Part shown: in pieces, positions 1 through 12,349 of the stretch
Numbering within the stretch: position 1 is the stretch's first letter
Layout of the letters: each line of letters opens with the position of its first letter
DNA from: Felis catus
Lineage: Eukaryota
Reading direction: 5' to 3'
NCBI RefSeq assembly: GCF_018350175.1
Contig: NC_058369.1
Span: forward strand, 2,110,001-2,174,000
Length of the DNA: 64,000 nt
Translations under genes and position numbers: made by a program
Notes under the pieces: generated by a model
What the model was told of the DNA's origin: nothing
The model's database searches: none
The model's input: the letters and a program-made list of their open reading frames with translations, nothing else

Positions 1-400
1 CACCCTCACCCCCACCATCACAGAGGGAACAGAGGACTAGAATTTCTCCTGGGCTCTCCCACAAATGACCAGCTGAAGGCTGATGTTCAGGGGCTGGCAG
101 GATAAGACGATAAAATTCCATGATGCCTCCTCCTTTCCAAATCCAGACCCACTGGTTATTGGTCCTTTCTCTCCCAGGTATAGCTGTTGCTTTCTTGCTT
201 GGCTCATTTTGTCTGCCTGCCTGGGACACACAGGTTGTCACTTCTTCCTTATGGCTAAATTTGGGAGTGACTCTGTATCCTGGGAAGGCAGTATCCTTTG
301 CATCCTCCTTTGGAGGGGGCGGGGATAAGTTACTCAATACTGCCATCAGTTATTTACTGTTTGGGCTGAAAACTGACACGATCTTCAAAAGAATTTTTTT

Positions 401-625
401 TTTAATTTTTTTTTCAACGTTTATTTATTTTTGAGAGAGACAGACAGAGAGAGACAGAGCATGAACGGGGGAGGGGCAGAGAGAGAGGGAGACACAGAAT
501 CGGAAACAGGCTCCAGGCTCTGAGCCATCAGCCCAGAGCCTGACGCGGGGCTCGAACCCACAGACCGCGAGATCGTGACCTGGCTGAAGTCGGACGCTTA
601 ACCGACTGCGCCACCCAGGCGCCCC
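401..625 (-). mobile_element. Young felid Can-SINE (SINEC_Fc)
   Basis: tRNA head, (CT)n, A tail; TSD aaaagaattttttt at 387-400 and 626-639. Confidence 0.95.
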
Positions 626-855
626 AAAAGAATTTTTTTAAAGTAGCTCTGTGGTCAAAAGTTGGCAACATTGGAAGCTGATATTTTCAGCCTGATAGGA
701 ATTTAGGCTTTCTCTCCTAAGGTAAAATAAAACCAGGTACCCAGAGAGAAAGAAGTAAACTGAGGATAATGTAGTTGGATGGGTAGATCAACCCAAGATG
801 TCATTTAAGTTGCAATATAATTCTCTGAGGAATTGAGAGCAAATGTCCTTATCTT

Positions 856-1040
856 TTTAAAAAATGTTTTATTTTTGAGAGAGTACAAGGGAGGGAAAGG
901 CAGAGAGAGAGAGAATGAATCTGAAGCAGGCTCCAGGCTCTGAGCTGACAGCACAGAGCCCGACGTGAGGTTGTAACTCATGAACCATGAGATCATGATC
1001 TGAGCTGAAGTTGACGCTTAACTGAGTCACCCAGGTGCCC
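856..1040 (-). mobile_element. Can-SINE
   Basis: TSD aatgtccttatcttt. Confidence 0.9.
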
Positions 1041-1393
1041 TGCGAATGTCCTTATCTTTAATTACGGCCCAAGAATTATCCAAAAACAAGGCAAACTCCT
1101 TCAGCCTGTCATTTTGGCCAATTCCCAAACCTCCCCTCTTTGTCTCCAAAGGTTCATGTTGTCCTGAGAAACCAAAGTCCTTGGAGAAACTTGGACACTT
1201 TCTTTGTGCCTCTGTCATGTAGACTTTCTACCCATCTTGTCTAACATCTAAGAGCCATTCTTTGAAGTGCAAACTTTAGGGAGAGGTTTCTCATCACAAA
1301 CAAAGAGGGAGAGGAAGTAACTGGAAATTGAACAAATGAAACATCTCCACAAATCTTAGGGACTATAAGGTCTCTGCATCTGTTCATACATGC

Positions 1394-1696
1394 TTTCCCC
1401 TAGTTGCTTACTGTCTGGCTCTGTCCTGTCGTTCCACAGTGACCTCAGACAGAGGCCCTCCCTGCCACCCAAGCTCGTACCCTGTCTCTGCCTAGTTTCT
1501 TGATGACCTCGTCACTGGCTGTCTCCATTTATTTGTATACCTCGTATTTTCTATCCCCACCAGAATGTAAACTCCCTGAGGGCACAGACTTTTCTTGTTC
1601 TTCCTCTGTCCCCACAATGAAGATTAACCTGAACCTGGCAGATCATAGCCACTTAATAAATATTCACGAACAAAAAAAAAAAACAAAAAAAAAAAC
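1394..1696 (+). mobile_element. Polyadenylated insert containing an L2 3' end
   Basis: cagaatgtaaactccctgagggcacagacttttcttgttc...cctggca...aataaatatt is L2 3'-end-like; A-tract 1672-1695. Confidence 0.7.
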
Positions 1697-2593
1697 AACC
1701 ATGCATTGTATGGTATTTTTCTGCTTCTGGATGGCTTTGCCAAAATTAATTTATGGAAGAGTTCTGTTTATCTGGTTTGAAGGCAAGAACTGATAAGGGG
1801 TGGCTATTCTAAAACTTTCAGAAATATAAAAACTAATCCAAATGTTTCTCAGTTTCATATGATCTAGAATTAACCTTTAATAAATAAAAGCTAATTGAAG
1901 TTTGCTGACTGAAATAAGCATGTCTTTAGTTAATAACATTAAATAGAAAACTTTTATCCTACCTACGCTTACTCATCAAATAAGTTCATAAGTTCACTCT
2001 GTCGCAAAATTTGCCAGCAAAAATAACTTAGAATGATGGCTGATTTTTTTTTCATCGTTTCATGAAGAGTCCCTGGATAATCTAAACATAATTGCCAGAA
2101 GCAAATTATTTAGATAGATGTAAGAAGTTTTAGGTGAACTTTTTAGTAATAATTATGTTTTACAGTATGTCTGCTTAAATGGCTTTCCAAATCTCTTTGG
2201 TAACTCCCATTCTTAGAATTTTGCTATGATAGATAGATAGATAGATAGAAAGATAAAATAAAGCTAAGAATTTTGCTATGTTAAATTAAGTGATGGGAGT
2301 TCACTGAATAATAAATGTTTGCAAATAAAATGCTAAAACATTTAATTGCTAAACAAGTCCAAGTTTACCTAACTTTTGTCTTATTACAAAAAGATAATTT
2401 TGAGTCTGTTGATAAACACATCTTATGCTTTACTGAAAGATCATACTAGTAAGAAGCATATGTTTCTAGAAATTATGAAACATATTCATAAGTTTGCCAA
2501 TCTAAAGAATGCTGATGTAATAAACAGCTCACAATTGCTCACTGATTAGTTTTCACTAGTAATTGGAGGTTCTAAAAGTTAAGAAATATAATT

Positions 2594-3047
2594 GGGGCGC
2601 CTGGGTGGCTCAGTCGGTTAAGCGGCCGACTTCAGCTCTGGTCATGATCTCGCGGTCCATGAGTTCAAGCCCCGCGTCGGGCTCTGTGCTGACAGCTCAG
2701 AGCCTGGAGCCTGTTTTGGATTCTGTGTCTCCCTCTCTCTGACCCTCCCCCATTCATGCTTTGTCTTTCTCTGTCTCAAAAATAAACGTTAAGGGGCGCC
2801 TGGATGGCGCAGTCGGTTAAGCGTCCGACTTCAGCCAGGTCACGATCTCGCGGTCCGTGAGTTCGAGCCCCGCGTCGGGCTCTGGGCTGATGGCTCAGAG
2901 CCTGGAGCCTGCTTCCGATTCTGTGTCTCCCTCTCTCTCTGACCCTCCCCCGTTCATGCTCTGTCTCTCTCTGTCCCAAAAATAAAGAAACGTTGAAAAT
3001 AAAATTTAAAAAAAATAAATAAATAAACGTTAAAAAAAATTTTTTTA
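2594..3047 (+). mobile_element. Nested Can-SINEs (young copy 2793-3020 in the tail of an older one)
   Basis: Outer TSD aagaaatataatt at 2581-2593 and 3048-3060; inner TSD aaataaacgttaa at 2780-2792 and 3021-3033. Confidence 0.95.
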
Positions 3048-4348
3048 AAGAAATATAATTAATATATATTTAATTCTAGAAATAATAACAGCATCAACTC
3101 TCTATGTAAGAAACTAGAATGTTTTTGGTAAGAAAAGGTATGAGGAATGGAAATGCTTCTTTTTTTTTTTTTTTTTTTTTTTGAGGGAAACAAAAGTAAT
3201 TTTGTTCTAAAGTAAAGCTGATTATTTCTGAATGGGAGAGAACAAGGGACCGGCTAAAATAGACACAGGAAGTTGTAGGCTTATGAAAAAGGAATCTTGG
3301 CAAACAAATTTTATGTGTGATCAAAACAGATAAGATCGAATGGATTTCTTATAAGGATTTTCAAAATAAGCTTTAATATCAATAGTGCACTTAGGTAAAA
3401 CTGGAACTTTATCTTTTTAACAGATAAAAGAAAATTAAGTTTTTTTGAACTATTGTAGTGTTCTTGATAAAAGATTATGAAGGGTTTTTTTAATCTTCTA
3501 ATGGTCATGCCTAGAAAACAAGGATTCTGTTTCACCAACGTAATTTCCTGTGTTTATCAGGTCTTTGATTACTTAAGAATATTAAAAGTTAAGTTTTGCC
3601 AACCACCACATAATCTGCTGTATTTGTCTTTATTTTATTGTCATTTTGGTTAATAACCAACATGTTGTTTCACAGTGACCTATGGTTCTACTTGACCAAG
3701 TGCTTTAAAACTCCTTTTGATGTTTCTGATAAACTTCCCCAAATCAAATTCTAAATCTTCTTGACATGGAAAAAAAGTTGGGATTTCCCCAGAAGGGTTC
3801 CTGGAACATTCTAGAGGATTTATGTTGAAGTAGACTTAGTGGATACATTAAACTACATGGGAAGCTCTGTCAAATAAGAAGTAATATTAAGCCTTCTTTA
3901 GGCTGTATTTGTGTGGGTATATAAGTGTTCTAGAAATTAGATGAAACTCCTAGAAATCTGATATGCCCTGGTATGGAAGCACCTGTAATTCTAATTACTG
4001 AAGTTGTGAGTGTCACAGAAATAACCAAATGTCCATGTCTGCCACATTCAAAGCTTCTCGTCAGATCTTTAACCATGGCCATATTGTATGTAGTCTTTTG
4101 TCATTTACAGCTATTGTTTTTGCTTTGATGCTTCTGCAAAAGTGCTTCATTTTCAAGGGGATTTGTGGAAAGGACTTTTGACAAGACAGGATTCTGATAA
4201 CCATAGAATCAGGGAACTGAACTGTGAAAGCATTACTGGAACTAGTGGAAAAACCGGATTCCAACACAGCAAGAATAACACAGGGTGGGATGAACTGAGG
4301 AGGAGGATTCTAGTTGTTATGCCTCTTGTTTAAAACATTACGGTTTTT

Positions 4349-4569
4349 GGGGCGCCTGGGTGGCGCAGTCGGTTAAGCGTCCGACTTCAGCCAGGTCACG
4401 ATCTCGCGGTCCGTGAGTTCGAGCCCCGCGTCGGGCTCTGGGCTGATGGCTCGGAGCCTGGAGCCTGTTTCCGATTCTGTGTCTCCCTCTCTCTCTGCCC
4501 CTCCCCCGTTCATGCTTTGTCTCTCTCTGTCCCAAAAATAAATAAACGTTGAAAAAAAAATTAAAAAAA
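4349..4569 (+). mobile_element. Young SINEC_Fc
   Basis: TSD aaaacattacggttttt. Confidence 0.95.
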
Positions 4570-4586
4570 AAAACATTACGGTTTTT

Positions 4587-4775
4587 TTAAATTTATTTCT
4601 TTATTTTGAGAGGGAGAGAGAGCAGGGAGGGGCAGTAAGAGAGGGAGAGCGAGAACCCCAAACAGGCTCCACACTGTCAGCACAGAGACCAATGCAGGGC
4701 TCGAACTCATGAACCATAAGACCTGAGCAGAAATCAAGAGTCGGACACTTAACTGACTGAGCCCCCCAGGTGCCA
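4587..4775 (-). mobile_element. Older Can-SINE
   Basis: Antisense head and body motifs. Confidence 0.85.
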
Positions 4776-4862
4776 GGGAACATTCATGTTTACCTAATGT
4801 TTGTGCTTCCAGATAGGAAAAGACTCTCTGTTAAGCTAAACTTTACCTTTGCAAACAAATAC

Positions 4863-5770
4863 TGTCACCAGCTACACCCCAAGACCTGACCTCTACTGTG
4901 CACCCGCTTGTACTCACTGCCCTTTGTCCCACATTTTTCCTTAAGTTCTTCTTTCTGGTTTATCTCAGGCAAATGAAACCTAAAACCACCCCTCAGGTGA
5001 CACTGACTGCCTGGACGGTCTTGTCCCAGACTCACGCCTGTGCAAATGGACCTGGAGTGACCTCTGGAGTGACTGGCAATTACCTTTACCTCATTATCAC
5101 ACTAAAGTCTCCCCTGGGGGAGGAGCACAATCTCGTTTACGTGACCTACAATGTGGGGACAGGCCTGCTGCCCTAAGGCTCACCCGTAGCACCCCTCCTG
5201 CCCACCCCACACAGGATGACGAGGCTTCCCCATGGAAATATCCATCCCAGCCCTAAACCAGAGGAGCCCATCCACCCTTCCTCCAGGGAGTCAGGGCTTT
5301 GGAAGTTATTCTCCATGATCTCCTGATCTCTGCATCGGCTGCCAATAAAGTTTCCTTTGTGTGGCCACTCACCTGATGTATTTTCTATGTATGAGTCACC
5401 AAGGAGAAAAACCCTGTTGGTTCAATTACGAATTTGGTGACCCACATGGGGGACTATCTATAGTCCTTCTGACGTTCTGCCCTCTGGTATCCTGATTTCT
5501 GCTGGGAACAGGGGCAGATTCCTTGGAAGGGACTCTCCCATCTGGGTGCTTGTGACTCCTGGCCTGGGATTCGTCCTCATCTGAAATCCAGTGGCCACTC
5601 TGATTACTTTCACTCCGAAGGGTTTCTACTGGGATAAGTCACACCAGGTCTATGGCACAGTTCTTAGGGGTAAAACTACAGTTGTCTCACAAAGTCTGGG
5701 CAAGCAGGCATAACAGACACAACACTCTGGGGAATTAACAGGACCTCTCCAGTATATTTGGTATATAAAT
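4863..5770 (+). mobile_element. ERV1-class 5' LTR (4863-5430) with PBS-like site and leader
   Basis: Starts TGT; AATAAA near 5344; followed by TGGTGACCCACATGGG at 5435. Confidence 0.65.
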
Positions 5771-8700
5771 ACCAAAGCAACAAAGATTAGAAAGGATCAG
5801 AGACCACCACCAGAAACTCCAACTCTACAAGCATCATAATGGCAATAAATTCATATTGTTCAGTACTCACTCTAAACTCAATGGACTCAATGCTCCAATC
5901 AAAAGACATAGGGTAACAGAGTGGATAAGAAAACAAGATCCATCCATGTGCTGTTTACAAGAGACCCACTTTAGACCTAAAGACACCTACAGATTGAAAA
6001 TAAGGGGATGGAGAACCATCTATCATGCTAATGGTCAACAAAAGAAAGCCAGAGCAGCCATACTTATATCAGACAATCTAGACTTTAAAATAAAGACTGT
6101 ATCAAGAGATGCAGAAGGGCATTATATCATAATCAAGGGGTCTGTCCACCAAGAAGACCTAACAATTGTAAACATTTATGCGCCAAATGTGAGAGCACCC
6201 AAATATATAAATCAATTAATCACAAGCATAAAGAAACTCATCAATAGTAATACCGTAATAGTAAGAGACTTCAACACCCCACTCACAGCAATGCACAGAT
6301 CATCTAATCAAAAAATCAACAAGGAAACAATGGCTTTGAATGACATATTGGACCAGACGGACTTAACAGATATATTCAGAACATTTCATCCTAAAGTAGC
6401 AGAATATACATTCTTCTCCAGTACACATGGAATGTTCTCCAGAATAGACCATATACTGGGACACAAATCAGCCCTAAGTACAAAAAGATCGAGATCATAC
6501 CGTGCATATTTTCAGACCACAACGCTATGAAACTCAAATCAACCACAAGAAAAAATTTGGAAAGGTAACAAATATTTGGAGACTGAAGAACATCCTACTA
6601 AAGAATGAATGAGTTAACCGAGCAGTTAAAGAGGAAATTAAAAAGTATATGGAAGTCCATGAAAATGATAGCACCACAACCCAAAACCTCTGGGATGCAG
6701 CAAAGGCAGTCATAAGAGGAAATTTTATAGCAATCCAGGCCTTCCTAAAGAAGGAAGAAAGATCTCAGATACACAACCTAACCTTACGCCTTAAGGAGCT
6801 GTAAAAAGAACAGCAAATAAAACCCAAAACCAGCAGAAGACAGGAAATAATAATGATTAGAGCAGAAATTAATGCTATCGTAACCAAAAAAAAAACAAAA
6901 AACAAAAAAAACCCAGAATAGATCAATGAAACCAGAAGCTGGTTCTTTGAAAGAATTAACAAAATTGATAAACCACTAGCCAGTTTGATCAAGAAGAAAA
7001 AGGAAAGGACCCAAATAAGTAAAATCAAGAATGAAAGAGGAGAGATCACAACCAACACAGCAGAAATAAAAACAATAATAAGAGAATATTATGAGCAATT
7101 ATATGTCAATAAAATGGGCAATATGGAAGAAATGGACAAATTCCTAGAAACATATACACTACCAAAACTGAAACAGGAAGAAATAGAAAATTTGAATAGA
7201 CCCATAACCAATAAAGAAATTGAATTAGTAATCAAAAATCTGCCAAAAAACAAGAGTCCAGGGCCAGATGGCTTTCACCAAACATTTAAGGAAGAGTTAA
7301 CACCTATTCTCTTGAAGCTGTTTCATAAAGTAGAAATGGAAGGAAAACTTCCAAACTCTTTCTATGAAGCCAGCATTACCTTGATTCCAAAAGCAGACAA
7401 AGACCCCACTAAAAAGGAGAACTATAGACCAATTTCCCTGATGAACATGGATGCAAAAATCCTCAACAAGATATTAGCCAACTGCATCTAACAATACATT
7501 TAAAAACAATTATTCATCACGACCAAGTGGGATTTATACCTGGGACACAGGGCTGGTTCAATACCCACAAAACAATCAATGTGACACACCACATCAATAA
7601 AAGAAAGGACAAGAACCATGTGATCCTCTCAATAGATGCAGAGAAAAAAATTGACAAAATACAGCACCCTTTCTTGATAAAAACCCTCAAGAAAGTAGGG
7701 ATAGAAGGATCATACCTCAAGATCATAAAGGCCATATATGAATGACCCAATGCTAATATCATCCTCAATGGGGAAAAACTGAGAGGTTTCCCATAAGGTC
7801 GGGAACAAGACAGGGATGTCCACTCTTGCCACTGTTATTCAACATGGTATTGGAAGTCTTAGCCTCTGCAATCAGACAACACAAAGAAATAAAAGGCATC
7901 GAAATCGGCCAGGAGGAGGTCAGACTTTTACTCTTTGCAGATGACATGATACTCTATATGGAAAACCCAAAAGATTCCACCAGAAACTGCTAGAACTAAT
8001 CCATGAATTCAGCAACGTTGCAGGATATAAAATCAATGCACAGAAATAGGTTGCATTCCTATACACCAACAATGAAGCCCCAGAAAGAGAAATCAAGGAA
8101 TCGATCCCATTTACAATTGCACCAAAAACCATTAAATACCAAGAATAAATCCAACCAAAGAGGTGAAAAATCTATACACTGAAAACTATAGAAAGGTTAT
8201 GAAAGAAATTGAAGACACCAAAAAAAAAAAAAGGGGGGGGGGAAATATTCCATTTTCCATGCTCCTGGATAGGAAGAACAAACAATATTAAACTGTCAAT
8301 ACTACCCAAAGCAATCTACATATTCAATGCAATCCCTATCAAAATAACACCAGCATTCTACATAGAGCTAGAACAAATAATCCTAAAATTTGTGTGGAAC
8401 CAGAAAAGACCCCGAATAGCCAAAGCGATCTTGAAAAAGAAAACCAAATCAGGAGGCATCACAATCCCAGACTTCAAGCTATACTACAAAACTGTAATCA
8501 TCAAGATAGTATGGTACTGGCATAAAAACAGACACTCAGATCAATGGAACAGAAGAAAGAACCCAGAAATGGACCCACAAATGTATGGCCAGCTAATCTT
8601 TGACAAAGCAGGAAAGAATATCCAATGGAATAAAGACAGTATTTTCAGCAAGTGGTGCAGTTTTCTGAGATATGCAGAAAAATAAATCTGGACCACTTTC

Positions 8701-9927
8701 TTACACCTTACACAAAAAGAAACTCAAAGTGGATGAAAGACCTAAATGGAAGACAGGAAGCCATCAAAATCCTCGAGGAGAAAGCAGGCAAAAACCTCTT
8801 TGACCTCGGCTGCAGCACCTTCTTACTCAACACATCTCCAGAGGCAAGGGAAACAAAAGCAAAAATGAACTACTGGGACCTCATCAAAATAAAAAGCTTT
8901 TGCACAGCAAAGGAAACAATCAGCAAAACTAAAAGGCAACCGACAGAATGGGAGAAGATATTTGCAGATGACACGTCAGATAAAGGGTTAGTATCCAAAA
9001 TCTATAAAGAACTTATCAAATTCAACACCCAAAAAAACAAATAATCCAGTGAAGAAATGGGCAAAAGACATAAATAGACATTTCTCCAAAGACATCCAGA
9101 TGGCCAACCGACACATGAAAAAATGCTCAATCACTCATCATCATGGAAATGCAAATCAAAACCACAAAGAGATACCACCTCACACCTGTCAGAATGGCTA
9201 ACATTAACAACTCAGGCAACAACAGATGTTGGCGAGGATGCGGAGAGAGAGGATCTCTTTTGCATTTCCGGTTGGGAATGCAAACTGGTGCAGCCACTCT
9301 GGAAAATAGTATGGAGGTTCCTCAAAAAATTAAAAGTAGAACTACCCTATGACCGAGCAATTGCACTATTAGGTACTTATCCAAGGGATACAGGTGTGTT
9401 GTTTCGAAAGGGCACATGCACCCCAATGTTTATAGCAGTGCTATCGACAATAGCCAAAGTATGGAAGGAGCCCAAATGTCCATCGACGGATGAATGGATA
9501 AAGAAGATGTGGTCTATATATACAATGGAGTATTACTCGGCAATCAAAAAGAATGAAATCTTGCCATTTGCAACTATGTGGATGGAACTGGAGGGTATTA
9601 TGCTAAGCGAAATTAGTCAGAGAAAGACAATTATCATATGACTTCACTCATATAAGGACTTTAAGAGACAACAGGTGAACACAAGGGAAGGGAAGCAAAA
9701 ATAATATAAAAACAGGGAGGGGGACAAAAACATAAGAGACTCTTAAATATGGAGAACAAACAGATGGTTACTGGATGGGTTGTGGAAGGGGGGATGGGCT
9801 AAATGGGTAAGGGGCATTAAGGAATCTACTCCGAAAACCATTGTTGTACTATATGCTAACTTGGATATAAATTAAAAATAATAATAATTAAAAACTAAAT
9901 TAAATTAAATTTACTTAAAAAAAAAAA
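5771..9927 (+). mobile_element. LINE-1, 5'-truncated in the inter-ORF region; ORF2 disrupted
   Basis: ORF2 start at 5839; endonuclease (NGLNAPIKRHR), RT ([25 protein letters not shown]) and C-terminal fragments broken by stops and frameshifts; G-rich 3' UTR; A-rich tail. Confidence 0.97.
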
Positions 9928-10520
9928 GATCAAGCCATGATTACAAGCCTGGAATTCTCATCCCTACTCCCCATCCTCCAGTCTCAGGAGAGGGTCTGGA
10001 ATCATAGTTAATCATTGAGTATGCTGAGGTGAGGAAGCCTTTAGAATCCCAACAGTATGGGGTTCAGAAAGCATCCACCAGGGTGATCTGAACCACACCC
10101 GGAAGATGATGGGCTCAGGACCTTCCCAGTCCTCCCCTATGCACCTCTCTGTCTGGCTGTTCATCTGTATCCTTTATCATATTCTTTCATAAACTGGAAA
10201 GTGTTAAGTGTTTGGTCCCTGAGTTCTGTGAGATGCTCTGGCAAATAAATCCAAGGAGGGGATCATGGGAACCTCTGGTCCGTAGCCAAGGGGCAGCTGT
10301 GGGTAACCTAGAGCTCTACTAACCACAGTAGGCATGTGGAGTGGGGAGTCTTATGGGACTGAGCCCCTCTCTGGTGGGGTCTGACACTGTCTCAAGGTAG
10401 GAAGTGTTGGAATTGAGTTAGATTGTAGGACACCCAGCTGGTGCCCAGCATTGCCTGAGGTGGGGCAAATCCCTACCAGTGCAGTGACCAGAAGGGTCAG
10501 AGCTGGCGTTCTGAGTAAAG
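9928..10520 (+). mobile_element. MER21-like LTR, 3' portion
   Basis: ccctatgcacctct..ctggctgttcatctgtatccttt, ccctgagttctgtgag and gtaggacacccagctggtg match the recalled MER21 consensus. Confidence 0.75.
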
Positions 10521-10770
10521 TTGAAAGACATAGGAAAGCCAGAGGCTTTGCAGATGCAGGGTCTAATAAAAACACAAAATGACCATAAAGGAAAAATCAT
10601 AAAATGCTACTGGATGACACCAAAGTGGAAAGGCAGAAATGGAAGGTCGGCACATGATCTCGGAAAGAGAACCACCCACCACAACACCAACTCTAGACCT
10701 TTGATGAAATTCCATTAAATCCAAACCAGGTTGGACTTTTTAGTTTTGAGTTTATGGAAAACTAGTTTAA

Positions 10771-10968
10771 GGAGCGTCTCGGTGATTCAGTTGGTTAAGC
10801 GTCTGACGTTGGCTCAGGTCACGATATCACGGTTCTGAATTCAAGCCCTGTGTAGGGCTCTGTGTGGACAGTTCAGAGCTTCGAGCCTACTTTGAATTCT
10901 GTGTCTCCCTCTCTCTCTGCCCCTCCCCCACTCATGCTCTGTCTCTATCAAAAATAAACATCAAAAAA
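10771..10968 (+). mobile_element. Can-SINE
   Basis: Diverged head, (CT)n, A tail. Confidence 0.88.
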
Positions 10969-11184
10969 GATAAACTACTTTGAAAGCCTGAAATTGAAGG
11001 CAAATGTCCGTAAATAGCTGAGTTTTCTACAGAAAAAGGGGGAAGAGACTTTCCCTAAAACACATTAAGGCATTTAAATAACCAAAGAATTGGGACAGTG
11101 CAGTAGGCCAGAAGAATGTCAACACAAGTGTTCTAGGACTTCCTATTACAAGGTTACCTTATATAAAGGGAAGAAGAGTAAGTT

Positions 11185-11407
11185 TTTTTTTTTAATTTTT
11201 TTTTCAACATTTATTTATTTTTGGGACAGAGAGAGACAGAGCATGAACAGGGGAGGGGCAGAGAGAGAGGGAGACACAGAATCGGAAACAGGCTCCAGGC
11301 TCGGAGCCATCAGCCCAGAGCCCGACGCGGGGCTCGAACTCACGGACCACGAGATCGTGACCTGGCTGAAGTCAGATGCTTAACCGACTGCGCCACCCAG
11401 GCACCCC
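11185..11407 (-). mobile_element. Young SINEC_Fc
   Basis: TSD gaagaagagtaagtt. Confidence 0.95.
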
Positions 11408-11475
11408 TGAAGAAGAGTAAGTTCTAAAGGAAGGTACTGATAATCATGATTGTCTTAAAATTAAGAGGAGCCCAG

Positions 11476-11660
11476 GGGGTGCCTGGGTGGCTCAGTCAGT
11501 TGACTGTCACACTTCAGCTCAGACTGTGATCTCACGTGTTCGTGAGTTCAAGCCCCACTTCTGGCTTCGTGCTGACGGTAGGGAGCCTGCTTGGGATTCT
11601 CTCTCTCTCTCTCTCTGCCCCCTCTCCCTGGTGCTCGCTTTCAAAATAAATATGTAAAAA
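11476..11660 (+). mobile_element. Can-SINE
   Basis: ggggtgcctgggtggctcagtc head, A tail. Confidence 0.88.
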
Positions 11661-12349
11661 TATATATATATATTCAGTAGCACTGAATAAAGAGAGTGAA
11701 AGTATAAACCACCCTCCAGGAGAAAATGCCTGCACTACCTTAATTACAAGTCAAGACTATATGTCAAAACAGGGAGATCCTGGCTCACATGTTAGATGGA
11801 AAGAAACACGCGAGGCATTTCTACGTGCTGGCAATCACGTGGAAGGCACAAAGTGGGGGAACAGAGGGCACAACTCCTACGACCCACCAGCATTTCCTGG
11901 TAAACTGAAGTTAGCCACAACGTTCCATCCCACAATTTTTCCCTAAAGTATAGAAATGTTAGTGGCATTGTGCGCTTGGATACAAAAATAAGAACGAAGG
12001 CAGTAGCACTGACCAACCGTGACGTGCCCCACGGCACAGAAGCACTAGAAAGGAGTACGCTGGCCGAACCACCTGAGCCTCAGACACCTGCCCAGGTGAG
12101 ACAGAGCAGGGCTGTGAAACCACACGCTCCCGTGACATCAAAGACTATTCTAGGATTACCCCCTCATTGCAAGTTCAACAGGGGCAAAATCAAGCCGTGC
12201 ACTGCTTGGTGATGAGAACAGAGGTGGGGCTGCAAAGAAAGAAGAACAGCAGTCCCCAGGGACAGACACTCACGCACTACAAGAGGAAAATCATACACCT
12301 GCAAACACGGCCCAAAGGTCTGAAGTGCTCGTGAACACCGGAGTCACCA

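Larger units (their letters stand above)
40..4860 (+). mobile_element. Non-coding ERV1 (MER4-group-like) internal sequence with inserts
   Basis: AT-rich, ORF-less sequence resembling MER4-group internal regions from recall; family not verifiable here. Confidence 0.55.

Noticed and set aside
2776..2979. Recurrent MGQRETEHERGR.. and ..YFWDRERQS.. ORFs
   Set aside because: Translations of Can-SINE copies.
4349..4430. tRNA-like A and B boxes
   Set aside because: SINE heads, not tRNA genes.
5856..9641. Endonuclease and RT ORFs as an active element or novel RT system
   Set aside because: Ordinary L1 ORF2 broken by stops and frameshifts; ORF1 and promoter are missing.
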